From Patescibacteria group bacterium (GTDB taxonomy: Bacteria > Patescibacteriota > UBA1384 > 2-12-FULL-50-11): DNA of 64,000 nt. Positions 1 to 8,642 of the stretch are shown piece after piece (the first letter of the stretch is position 1; every line of letters begins with the position of its first letter). A model generated the notes under the pieces. It saw only the letters and a list, made by a program, of their open reading frames with translations, had not been told where the DNA came from and ran no database searches. The stretch is taken from the NCBI GenBank assembly GCA_038058635.1, contig JBBUAP010000004.1, positions 31,196-95,195 of the forward strand, given 5' to 3'. A program made the position numbers and the translations under genes.

Positions 1-536
1 CCGCCTTAACCGGCCATCTGGTGCTGACGACGCTCCACACTAACGACGCCGCCGGCGCTCTGCCCCGATTGATTAATATGGGCGTCGAACCGTTCTTAAT
101 TACCTCATCGCTGAACGCCGTTATCGGTCAACGCTTGGTCCGAAAAATCTGCGACAAATGTCGGGAGAAAGCCACTATTCCTCACACCCTACTGGAAACT
201 ATCAAGCAGGAGCTATCAACCCTGCCCTCGGGCCAGATGAAAGATATCAACCCCGATCAACTAATTTTCTACCACGGCAAGGGCTGTAGCGAGTGCAATA
301 ATGGCTACTCTGGCCGACTGGGTATTTTCGAAGTTCTGCAAATGTCGAGTCGGGTTGAAGAGTTAGCGGTCAAAAAAGCCCCGACCTCCGAGATTAAAAA
401 GGCCGCCATCGCCGACGGCATGATTACGATGATTCAAGACGGGCTTCTGAAGGCCTTGAAAGGCATCACCACTGTCGATGAAGTTATGCGTGTCACCACC
501 ACCCACACCAAAGAGCTGCCGGAAGTAGAAGCATGA
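1..536 (+). CDS. pilB: Type IV pilus assembly ATPase PilB/GspE, C-terminal portion (5' end lies outside the window)
   Basis: The frame is open from the window edge. The translation ...[30 protein letters not shown]...CxxC...GKGCSEC... matches the GspE/PilB C-terminal domain and its tetracysteine motif. Confidence 0.85.
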   Translation, partial: ALTGHLVLTTLHTNDAAGALPRLINMGVEPFLITSSLNAVIGQRLVRKICDKCREKATIPHTLLETIKQELSTLPSGQMKDINPDQLIFYHGKGCSECNNGYSGRLGIFEVLQMSSRVEELAVKKAPTSEIKKAAIADGMITMIQDGLLKALKGITTVDEVMRVTTTHTKELPEVEA

Positions 537-697
537 TAAAAATTACTAAATTACTAAATGGAAAACAAACTACCGCAATTCTGTAACTACGAACGAAGTG
601 AGGAGCGAGCGAAGCGACATTCCGCCAATTCTACCAAGACGATTTGGCTGACAACGTAGTTTGAGTGTAGTATCTATATATAGGAGGGAGGGGACAC

Positions 698-1765
698 ATG
701 GCTGAAGCAATGACAACTGAGATGAAGCACCTGCTCGATCTAGCGATCGAGAAGGGGGCGAGTGACCTGCATATTACTGTCGGTGTTCAGCCGATGATTC
801 GAGTTGACGGCAAGCTATTTCCGGCGCCCGACACTGTGGCCACCACCGCCGAAACGGCCGAGCGATTGCTAATGAGTATTATGACCGCCGAGCAAGTTGA
901 GCGGCTTCATCAACGGCGCGAATTAGACTTCTCGTTTGGTTATCAAAAAACTCGTTTTCGAACTAACGCTTTTTACCAAAAGGGCAATATCGGCGCCGCT
1001 TTGCGTTTAATTCCAGTCCTAATTAAGTCGATGGAGGAGTTGGGTGTCCCGCCAATTCTCGAGCGCTTTACCGAGCCCAGCCAGGGCTTTGTCGTCATCA
1101 CCGGTCCAACCGGTCACGGTAAATCGACGACGCTGGCGGCCTTAATCGAATCAATCAACCTCAAGCGAGCCGATCATATTATTACGATCGAAGATCCGAT
1201 CGAGTATGTTTTTGAGCACAAGAAATCGATTATCGTTCAACGAGAAGTCGGCTCCGATACCAATTCCTTTTCCCGCGCCCTGCGATCAGCCCTGCGCGAA
1301 GACCCTAATGTTATCCTGGTCGGTGAAATGCGCGATCTTGAAACGATCGAGGCGGCCCTGACCTTGGCCGAAACTGGGCATTTAGTCTTTACGACCTTGC
1401 ACACTAATTCTGCCGCCCAGACCGCCGATCGTATGATTGATGTTTTCCCACCACACCAACAACAGCAGGTACGAATGCAGTTGGCCAATGTTTTGCTCGG
1501 CGTTATCTCCCAGCGCTTACTGCCGCGAGTTCAGGGCGGGCGTGTGCTGGCCACGGAAATAATGGTCGCCAACTCAGCCGTTCGCAATACGATTCGCGAG
1601 GGAAAAACCCATCAGTTACCCAACATCATCCAAACTTCGGCTTCCGAAGGCATGATTGCTCTGGACAAAGTCTTAGCCGAGCTTGTTTCTCGTGGTGAAA
1701 TTACGATCGATGTCGCTCTCCAGTGGGCCCTCGACCCCAAAGCATTTAAGATGATGGTTTATTAA
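698..1765 (+). CDS. pilT: Twitching-motility / pilus retraction ATPase PilT
   Basis: 355 aa with Walker A GPTGHGKSTT, Asp box, Walker B and His box (TLHTNSAAQT) typical of PilT; the start at 698 follows a GGAGGGAGG RBS. Confidence 0.9.
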   Translation: MAEAMTTEMKHLLDLAIEKGASDLHITVGVQPMIRVDGKLFPAPDTVATTAETAERLLMSIMTAEQVERLHQRRELDFSFGYQKTRFRTNAFYQKGNIGAALRLIPVLIKSMEELGVPPILERFTEPSQGFVVITGPTGHGKSTTLAALIESINLKRADHIITIEDPIEYVFEHKKSIIVQREVGSDTNSFSRALRSALREDPNVILVGEMRDLETIEAALTLAETGHLVFTTLHTNSAAQTADRMIDVFPPHQQQQVRMQLANVLLGVISQRLLPRVQGGRVLATEIMVANSAVRNTIREGKTHQLPNIIQTSASEGMIALDKVLAELVSRGEITIDVALQWALDPKAFKMMVY

Positions 1766-1864
1766 TGGAAAACTCAAAACTCAAAACTCAAAGCTCAAAG
1801 CTACAGCTCAAAACTCAAAACTTTTTAGTTTCTAGTTATAGTTTTGACTTTTACCTTTTGACTT
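1766..1864. repeat. Tandem AACTCAAA octamer repeats followed by their imperfect reverse complement (long imperfect palindrome)
   Basis: aaaactcaaaactcaaaactcaaagctcaaagctacagctcaaaactcaaaac is followed by gttttgacttttaccttttgacttttgagtt; the arms are near reverse complements of each other. Confidence 0.8.
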
Positions 1865-2953
1865 TTGAGTTACCACCCAATGGCTAAAACCGACTCTCTA
1901 TTCACCTCTCTCTTCGTTCGGGTTAATCACAAAGACCGAGCGTTTCTGGCTCGCCAGCTGGCAGTAATGTTGGAGTCCGGACTGCCAATCACCCAAGCGA
2001 TTCGCTCGTTAATCGAGCAGACCAAGAACCCGTTAATGGAAGAGGTTCTCCAGGTCGTTTTGGTGGACTTAGAGAACGGCTTAAAATTTTCCGTCGCTAT
2101 CAAAAAACATCCTCAGGTTTTCAACGACGTCTTTGTCTCGGTCATTGCTTCCGGTGAAGTGACCGGTCAGCTCGATGTCGTTGCCAACTTGCTGGCCGAC
2201 GAGCTGGAGCGCGATCAGGGTTTCCGAAGCCGAGTCATCGGCGCGTTGTTGTACCCGGCCTTCATCATCATGGCGATGATTGTCGTCGGGATCATTATGG
2301 TCACTAAGATCGTCCCGGCGCTGGAGTTGGTTTTCAAGGAAGCCAACGCCACCTTGCCCTGGACGACCCTGACTGTCATCGCCATCACCAACAGCTTGAT
2401 TTACTACTGGTATGTTTATATTATCGTCATCGTCGGCGGTATTTTTGGTTTGTCGCGCTATCTAGCAACCGTCGACGGTCGACGAAACTCCAACGGCCTC
2501 CTGCTCAAAATCCCGGCCTTCGGGACGATGTTACGCAATATGGAAATGGCTCGCTTCACCCGCATTTTTGGCTTGATGATGCAGGCCGGCGTGCCAATAA
2601 TTCAAGCCCTCGATTCTGTCGCCATGGTTTTGGATAATGTTTTGTACAAGGAATCGCTCAATGTTGTCGCTCGCAATGTCGAGCGCGGCTCACCGATTGC
2701 CCAGTCCTTACAGCGCGACAATTTGTTTCCCGCTACCGTCACCCAAATGATCGCCGTTGGCGAACAGACCGGCAAACTCGAGCAGGTTTTACATAAGCTA
2801 GCTAACTATTACGAAGAGGAAACTAACCAATCAATTAAAAATATTACCGCCTTGACCGAACCGGTCATCTTCATCATCGTCGGTCTCGGTGTCGCTTTTC
2901 TCGTCTTTTCAATCATCGTCCCGATCTACAACCTAGCATCGGTGATAAAGTAA
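1865..2953 (+). CDS. pilC: Type IV pilus platform protein PilC (GspF family)
   Basis: 362 aa polytopic membrane protein with two T2SSF-like repeats (GEVTGQLD..., GEQTGKLEQVL) and the conserved GspF/PilC architecture. Confidence 0.85.
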   Translation: MSYHPMAKTDSLFTSLFVRVNHKDRAFLARQLAVMLESGLPITQAIRSLIEQTKNPLMEEVLQVVLVDLENGLKFSVAIKKHPQVFNDVFVSVIASGEVTGQLDVVANLLADELERDQGFRSRVIGALLYPAFIIMAMIVVGIIMVTKIVPALELVFKEANATLPWTTLTVIAITNSLIYYWYVYIIVIVGGIFGLSRYLATVDGRRNSNGLLLKIPAFGTMLRNMEMARFTRIFGLMMQAGVPIIQALDSVAMVLDNVLYKESLNVVARNVERGSPIAQSLQRDNLFPATVTQMIAVGEQTGKLEQVLHKLANYYEEETNQSIKNITALTEPVIFIIVGLGVAFLVFSIIVPIYNLASVIK

Positions 2954-3152
2954 TGTCAGGAATTACGAAATAACTCGATCCTATTTTAGTAACTTCGAAA
3001 GAAGTGAAAAGCGAGCGTTAGCGACATTCAGTAATTTTTCCCTCTCTTTGCCTCGACTCGCTTGACAAGATTCTAGACACAGTTAATAGTGGTATTAATG
3101 GCTTTCACCAGTCTTAAGACGAGAGGGGTGGTCGACGAAGGTCCAAATGATG

Positions 3153-3170
3153 GGCAAGCGAAAGCTTGCC
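3153..3170 (+). promoter_or_regulatory. 5' UTR stem-loop with GAAA tetraloop upstream of the major pilin gene
   Basis: ggcaagc-gaaa-gcttgcc forms a perfect 7 bp stem about 75 nt upstream of a strong AGGAGG RBS. Confidence 0.4.
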
Positions 3171-3243
3171 ATGACAGGCGTTCGCTTGCCGCGATGTTAA
3201 TTACGCAGCGGCATGCACGCTCATCATTAGAAATAGGAGGAAA

Positions 3244-3804
3244 ATGATAAAAACATTACAAAAAAGAGCTTTTACGCTCATCGAACTCTTGGTGGTTATT
3301 GCCATCATCGGTATCTTGGCTTCGCTTATTATCGTCTCGCTGTCAGGCGCACGTGGTAAAGCCCAGGACACACAACGCAAAAACAATGCTCGAAATTTGG
3401 ATAGTGCCCTATCTCAGCACTATGTCGATAAGTCTGGCTATCCATCGGACGCGGGTTCTGCCGCAGCGAATGGCGCAACTGCAGATGGTGGTAGCGCAAC
3501 CTGTGCTGCTCCTTTGGTAGCTAGCCTAGTAGGTGCTTACTTGACATCCGGTACCGCTTGTGACGAGTTGAGTACTAGCGCAACCGCTGTTTCTCGATAT
3601 GCAACATCTGCAAACACGAGTGGCCTAGCAAGTTACTACTCGCTAGGTTGGGGTCTAGCGGCTACAGCTGATTCTACAGTCACGGTTGGCAACGGTGTTT
3701 ATACCACAGCCGATGGATCGCTTAACCTACCACAGGTGGACTTCACAATTGCGAGTCCCTGGGCTGATGCCCAACTAGTCTTCGTTGTTTACGGTCCGCA
3801 GTAG
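3244..3804 (+). CDS. pilA: Type IV (major) pilin, class III signal peptide
   Basis: MIKTLQKRA|FTLIELLVVIAIIGILA: prepilin leader plus the invariant E5 hydrophobic helix; strong RBS; followed by a strong terminator. Confidence 0.8.
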   Translation: MIKTLQKRAFTLIELLVVIAIIGILASLIIVSLSGARGKAQDTQRKNNARNLDSALSQHYVDKSGYPSDAGSAAANGATADGGSATCAAPLVASLVGAYLTSGTACDELSTSATAVSRYATSANTSGLASYYSLGWGLAATADSTVTVGNGVYTTADGSLNLPQVDFTIASPWADAQLVFVVYGPQ

Positions 3805-3883
3805 TCGGCTAAAAGCCTCGTATCCCTCAACGACAAGCGTCTCGGGATAAAAATCTCACTCAAAAGAGAAGAGGATGAAAAAC

Positions 3884-3912
3884 CCGCCCTCCCGGGCGGG
3901 TTTTTCTTGATT
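3884..3912 (+). terminator. Rho-independent terminator after the pilin gene
   Basis: aaaaacccgccc-tccc-gggcgggtttttcttg: a GC hairpin followed by a T-tract. Confidence 0.75.
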
Positions 3913-3941
3913 CTTGAATCTTAAATCTATACGCTAATTCT

Positions 3942-4730
3942 ATGGTGGGGGTGGTGATTGCCTTTATTTTTGGGCTGGCTTACGGCTCGTTTCTGAATGT
4001 CGTTATTTTGCGTTTTGATGATTGGCGGTCGATCGCTAAAGACCGTTCACACTGCCCTAATTGCAAAACTCAACTGTCCTGGTGGGATTTAGTGCCGTTA
4101 TTTAGTTTTGCCTACCTGCAGGGAAAGTGCCGCTACTGCCACAAACCAATTTCTTGGCGGTATCCAATCGTTGAGCTAGCAACCGCCGTTTTGGTGGCAG
4201 CCGGCTATTATTTATTATTCAACAGCCAAGTATTAACGCATTGGCATTCAACGATTGGTCTAGCAGCTCTAGTCGTGGCCATTGGAGCGATGATAACTAT
4301 CTTTGTTCACGATTTGACAGAAATGATGGTGCCGGACTTGATGTCAAACCTACTGCTGGTCGCGACCGTAATTTATGCCCTGGTAGTTCATTACGATCCG
4401 CTCGGCTTGCTCTTTAGCGCTATGGTGGGCTTCTTGCCGATTCTTCTGTTGGTCATACCCAGCCGCGGCACCTTGATGGGGGAGGGGGATATCAAAATCG
4501 CCGGAGCCCTAGCGATACTAGCTGGCTGGCCAAATGCGGTGGCGTTTATGATAATCACCTTCTTACTCGGTGGAATATTTGGTGCAATCGCGCTGGCAAC
4601 CAAGCGCGTCAAGATGAAAACCGCCGTCCCGTTTGGCCCATTTCTAATTTCGGCCGCCATAATAATCTTGTTTTGGGGCGACGCCATCACTAACTGGTAC
4701 CTAGGAACGATAGGATATGGATACTACTAG
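3942..4730 (+). CDS. pilD: Prepilin peptidase (A24 family) PilD
   Basis: 262 aa; the N-terminal Zn-binding CPNC...CRYC motif and multi-TM peptidase A24 core with conserved Asp residues are present. Confidence 0.9.
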   Translation: MVGVVIAFIFGLAYGSFLNVVILRFDDWRSIAKDRSHCPNCKTQLSWWDLVPLFSFAYLQGKCRYCHKPISWRYPIVELATAVLVAAGYYLLFNSQVLTHWHSTIGLAALVVAIGAMITIFVHDLTEMMVPDLMSNLLLVATVIYALVVHYDPLGLLFSAMVGFLPILLLVIPSRGTLMGEGDIKIAGALAILAGWPNAVAFMIITFLLGGIFGAIALATKRVKMKTAVPFGPFLISAAIIILFWGDAITNWYLGTIGYGYY

Positions 4731-4800
4731 ATGAATTTCAAATTTCTAACTCTGAATGCAATGAAGAGCGAGCGAAGCAACATTTCTAATTACTAATGAA

Positions 4801-5592
4801 ATGATTAAATATCAAATTTGGGCATTCAAGAATTCAATTAGAAATTGGAAATTTGGCATTAGAAATTTACAGCCAGCTTTCACTCTTATCGAACTGCTCA
4901 TAGTCATCGCGATTATTGCTATTCTAATTGGTGTGTTGGTTCCGAGTATGAGTCGAGGTTTGTCCGGTAATCGACTGGCTAGCGATGTCGAAGTACTGCG
5001 GGCCAAAATCGAAGAAACTCGGCTACTGGCTGGTTCAACTCAGACAAACGACGAGGACATTTTGGTCGGTTCGGAGGTTCCCGGGACTGATCGCGTTGGC
5101 TATTACGGAATCTTAATTCCGGGTTCTGATATCATTAGAGACCCTCAATACGCTCCTCCATTTTATGCTATCGTTCGTCTTTCTGATCCATTTACTTTCA
5201 GGAGCGATCCCGGATATTGCAGTGGAAATCAAGCATTAACCGACGCTATCAACAATAATATGGGAAGCGGTACTTGCCTGATTGAAAAAGTCGAGCTTAC
5301 CAAGGGAGTGACATATAAAGATTTCTCTACCTATAATATCCATGCCAAACTGATCGCATTCAAAGTCCCTACTCAGCAAGTTTCTGAAATATACTGCCCA
5401 GGACCCTGTGGCGGGAATGGTAATGTTTATACTCTTCTTGAACCACCGCTCTTTCTTCAGCGCGGCGAAAATAACTTGCCAGTCAACCCGCCTAGCAATA
5501 CTTACTTCAAGCTAAAGTACAACGACAAAACCGCCACTATCGAAATCGAGCCCTACACAGGCAAACTAGTAGTAGTATATAGTGATATTTAG
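4801..5592 (+). CDS. Minor pilin / pseudopilin (prepilin-type N-terminus)
   Basis: Leader ...RNLQPA|FTLIELLIVIAIIAILIG carries the class III signal; the rest has no recognisable globular family. Confidence 0.7.
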   Translation: MIKYQIWAFKNSIRNWKFGIRNLQPAFTLIELLIVIAIIAILIGVLVPSMSRGLSGNRLASDVEVLRAKIEETRLLAGSTQTNDEDILVGSEVPGTDRVGYYGILIPGSDIIRDPQYAPPFYAIVRLSDPFTFRSDPGYCSGNQALTDAINNNMGSGTCLIEKVELTKGVTYKDFSTYNIHAKLIAFKVPTQQVSEIYCPGPCGGNGNVYTLLEPPLFLQRGENNLPVNPPSNTYFKLKYNDKTATIEIEPYTGKLVVVYSDI

Positions 5593-6309
5593 ATGCTAAA
5601 GAGGGGCTTCTCACTGCTCGAGACACTGATTGCCACTGGGGTCTTAATCGTGGTGATATTGGGCGTAACCTCACTTTCCAACTCGCTGATTGCCGGTACA
5701 GTGGTCAGCGCAGATAAGACCATCATCAACCGCTGGGCCTCGGAAGGTATCGAGCTGACGCAGAAAATCCGCGACGATACGATACTTGATGATTCCACCT
5801 CGCCAAATTGGTTTGAGCAAGCCATCGCCGAAAACGGCGACGGTTACGGGTGGTTCAAACTAAGCACAACCGATAGTAAAACCTGGAGCATTACGCGGGT
5901 AACTGGTGACTATAACAAAGCAATTGCGACCGACTTCATCAAAGATTCTATCAGCGAAAAACTGACGAGCGATACGACCACTGGCTACCGGCTTATCTGT
6001 GTTGAGGCAGTTGGAGCTAAAGACTCAAGGGCTAATGATGATTTCTTTTGTAATACTACCGATACCCAGAGGGTTCGTGATGGCGTCCGAACCGATCCCA
6101 ACGCTACTAATTGTCAAAACGGGGATCTCTACTGTCAGATGACTTTTGAAAGCGTTAATAAAAACCGCCTAACTTCGTTGGACAAAAAAATAATTCCTTC
6201 TGGAAACGCCGTTAAAATCCGTTCAGTTGTCGTCTGGCAAGACAAAGATCAATTCCGATCAAGCTCCATGGCAACTTTGATTACTAATTGGAAGGGATAT
6301 GAACAGTAG
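5593..6309 (+). CDS. Minor pilin / pseudopilin
   Basis: MLKRG|FSLLETLIATGVLIVVILG is a classical G-1/F+1/E+5 prepilin N-terminus; its start abuts the stop of the previous gene. Confidence 0.7.
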   Translation: MLKRGFSLLETLIATGVLIVVILGVTSLSNSLIAGTVVSADKTIINRWASEGIELTQKIRDDTILDDSTSPNWFEQAIAENGDGYGWFKLSTTDSKTWSITRVTGDYNKAIATDFIKDSISEKLTSDTTTGYRLICVEAVGAKDSRANDDFFCNTTDTQRVRDGVRTDPNATNCQNGDLYCQMTFESVNKNRLTSLDKKIIPSGNAVKIRSVVVWQDKDQFRSSSMATLITNWKGYEQ

Positions 6310-7120
6310 CGGAGCTACTGTTCTTTCTCACCCGAAGTTCGAAATGAGCAATAAAATGACGAATCACGAATCACCAATCACGAATCAGATACCATTTCGT
6401 TTTTCGTTACTTCGAGGCGGAGCCGAGAAGCGAGCGTCAGCGACATACAATATTCGTTATTCAAATTTCCGCGCTTCGCGTGGCTACACTCTGATTGAGA
6501 TGCTGATTTCGGTGACGATATTTTCAGGATTGCTCATCATCGTGCTCGGGACCGTTGCTTCATCGAGTAGCTCATCAGCCAAGGTTAGTCTGCTGCGTGA
6601 TAAAAGCCAAGCTGCCCGATCACTGATTGACCAAATTTCGAACGACCTGCGCTATGTCGACCTAACAGCTAATCTTAATAACGAAGACCAAGGATTTCTA
6701 ATCGATAGATCGGCTCGAACCAGCTTGACCATGGCCTTACTACTGCCGGGTAAAGACAAGGACACCGGCTTGATTAGAAAGGAATATAAAATCGAACAAC
6801 AGTTCAACAATCGCCTGACACTCACATTAAAAGAAGGCCGAGGTTGTAAGCGAGCTGGCTACCTTGCATTTAGTGCCTGTGACCAAGAATCCGAAAAGAC
6901 CGACCTACTGTCGAGCGCCTATACTCTCGGTCAGGAAACTGGGTTTTCGTCAGAGTTGAGCGGTCTGAATGTATTGGAAGCCGAACAACAGACTCCGCCG
7001 ATTTCGCCGTTTGTCTCGATGACATTTTCGCTCAAGCCCGTTGGACTAACCACTAGCTGCAGTTTAGATCCGGGAACTTGCTACAAAGTTTCAACGACAG
7101 TTAATATGGCTTCAAAATGA
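6299..7120 (+). CDS. Minor pilin / pseudopilin (true start uncertain; mature protein begins about 6485 at G|YTLIEM)
   Basis: ...RASRG|YTLIEMLISVTIFSGLLIIVLG prepilin motif; the in-frame ATG codons upstream of it imply a 43-62 aa leader, and that leader overlaps a conserved intergenic repeat element (6407-6447). Confidence 0.6.
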   Translation: MNSSGATVLSHPKFEMSNKMTNHESPITNQIPFRFSLLRGGAEKRASATYNIRYSNFRASRGYTLIEMLISVTIFSGLLIIVLGTVASSSSSSAKVSLLRDKSQAARSLIDQISNDLRYVDLTANLNNEDQGFLIDRSARTSLTMALLLPGKDKDTGLIRKEYKIEQQFNNRLTLTLKEGRGCKRAGYLAFSACDQESEKTDLLSSAYTLGQETGFSSELSGLNVLEAEQQTPPISPFVSMTFSLKPVGLTTSCSLDPGTCYKVSTTVNMASK

Positions 7121-7212
7121 TGAATAAATATCTACGCGGCAGTAGTTTGGTTTTGGTCGTCGTTGTCATGGCGGGCATAATGTCGATCGACTTTAGTGAG
7201 GGAGAGCTATGA
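7117..7212 (+). CDS. Micro-ORF (31 aa) encoding a PilX-N-like signal-anchor peptide; duplicate of the N-terminus of the next gene
   Basis: MMNKYLRGSSLVLVVVVMAGIMSIDFSEGEL; it shares GSSLVLVVVVMAGI with the downstream protein while differing at about 10 synonymous codon positions; ATGA overlaps at both ends. Confidence 0.3.
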   Translation: MMNKYLRGSSLVLVVVVMAGIMSIDFSEGEL

Positions 7213-8144
7213 ACCGGCCATCTAAAATTGGCAGTAGCTTAGTCCTTGTGGTGGTAGTGATGGCCGGGATTATTATTGTCGTCTTTGGTGCCAGCCGTTT
7301 GACGCTGGTGCAATACAACCAAGCCAATCGTGACGAAGATAATGTCTTTGCCCTGTACGCCGCCAAAGCCGGCATCGAAGACGGCTTACTGCGTTACCGC
7401 TATAACCGCAACGCCGAAACTACCGACACCAAAGTTGCTCGCTATAATTTGACCACCGGCACCAGCGCCGGCGAAGTTGCCGAAGGTTCTAAGACTCTTA
7501 ACTTTACTAAACCAACAGACCAGTATTACGACATGAAACTCAACTTTCGCGTTCAATCTCTGGGTGATTTTGACTTTAGCCCCGATCCATTTAGCGTAAC
7601 TCCCAAACCGATTCTTGCCAAGGATGATTTTCTAGAGATTTCTGGCTTCGAGGAAAAATCTAGTCTCTATTATCTAAGAGTAGCATTTAAATTCTATGAA
7701 CCTGTGACTCATGCCGCTTGTTCAAATCCCAATGCCTTAGTCCAAATCCAGCGGGTAGTAGAGGGGATTAGTAACCCCTACGAACAGATAACCGCTAAGC
7801 CGACTAACGATCGTTACGACTCTTTAGGAAGCTCTAATATTGAAGTCAACCTCATTAATCCATCTCGACTGGCAACGACATTTCGTGTTAGACCATATTA
7901 TTGCGATGTTGCTTACGCCATTGCGACAACCACAGATATTAATGGGCGGGGTGTCGACAATGACGGTAAAAAGACAAGTGACGCCGGCTTACTCTTTGGT
8001 GGTCTCAAATCTTACATCACCTCAACCGGCTACTACGGTGAGGCCAAGCGCACCTTGATCGGCGAGATCGACCGCATCTCCGGTCAACTGATCAGTATCT
8101 ACGACTTCAATCTCTATTCCGGCGAAGGCAATATCCGCCCATAG
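7209..8144 (+). CDS. PilX-like minor pilin (type IV pilus assembly protein PilX N-terminal domain)
   Basis: MNRPSKIGSSLVLVVVVMAGIIIVVFG resembles the PilX_N motif (xRGSALVVSLI...); the 311 aa C-terminal part is unassigned. Confidence 0.65.
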   Translation: MNRPSKIGSSLVLVVVVMAGIIIVVFGASRLTLVQYNQANRDEDNVFALYAAKAGIEDGLLRYRYNRNAETTDTKVARYNLTTGTSAGEVAEGSKTLNFTKPTDQYYDMKLNFRVQSLGDFDFSPDPFSVTPKPILAKDDFLEISGFEEKSSLYYLRVAFKFYEPVTHAACSNPNALVQIQRVVEGISNPYEQITAKPTNDRYDSLGSSNIEVNLINPSRLATTFRVRPYYCDVAYAIATTTDINGRGVDNDGKKTSDAGLLFGGLKSYITSTGYYGEAKRTLIGEIDRISGQLISIYDFNLYSGEGNIRP

Positions 8145-8219
8145 GGGAAAAGATTCAAGATTTAAGAATAATCCATCGATTCTTCTTGATTCTATATTCC
8201 TAATTCTCTATTCTACAAT

Positions 8220-8642
8220 TTGATAATGAATCAAATTGTAATTCACACCGACGGGGCGTCGCGCGGTAATCCAGGAGCGGCGGCGATTGCTTTTGTTATC
8301 GACGGCTTGCCCAGTGGCGCTCTCGAATATAAAAAAGCGATCGGAATCTACTCGAACAATCAGGCCGAATATCGAGCTATGCTTTCGGCGCTAGAAAAAT
8401 TGGTCGAGCTGGAGATTAAAGATTCCGAGATCGATTTTCTGGCCGATTCCGAGCTAATGATTAAACAAATCAAGGGCGAATATCGGGTGAAAGACGCTAA
8501 TCTTCGACCGCTCTACGATCAGGCTATGGGTCATTTCGCCACTCTCAAAGCTGGCGGTAACGAACTGCAATTCACCGCCATTCGTCGCGAGCGCAACACC
8601 AGAGCCGACCGACTGGCAAATATTGCTTTGGACGAGGCGTGA
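8220..8642 (+). CDS. rnhA: Ribonuclease H (RNase HI family)
   Basis: IHTDGASRGNPGAAAIAFVI...NNQAEYRAML...ADRLAN shows the RNase H DEDD-type catalytic motifs. Confidence 0.85.
   Translation: MIMNQIVIHTDGASRGNPGAAAIAFVIDGLPSGALEYKKAIGIYSNNQAEYRAMLSALEKLVELEIKDSEIDFLADSELMIKQIKGEYRVKDANLRPLYDQAMGHFATLKAGGNELQFTAIRRERNTRADRLANIALDEA

Noticed and set aside
1237-1488. 83 aa minus-strand ORF inside pilT (and similar antisense ORFs inside topA, cysS, nrdJ, ftsZ, secD)
   Set aside because: It is embedded antisense in strongly supported conserved genes, has no RBS, and has biased composition typical of shadow ORFs.
1766-1864. CRISPR array
   Set aside because: The repeat units are 6-9 nt, contiguous and degenerate with no spacers. 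No cas genes are in the window.
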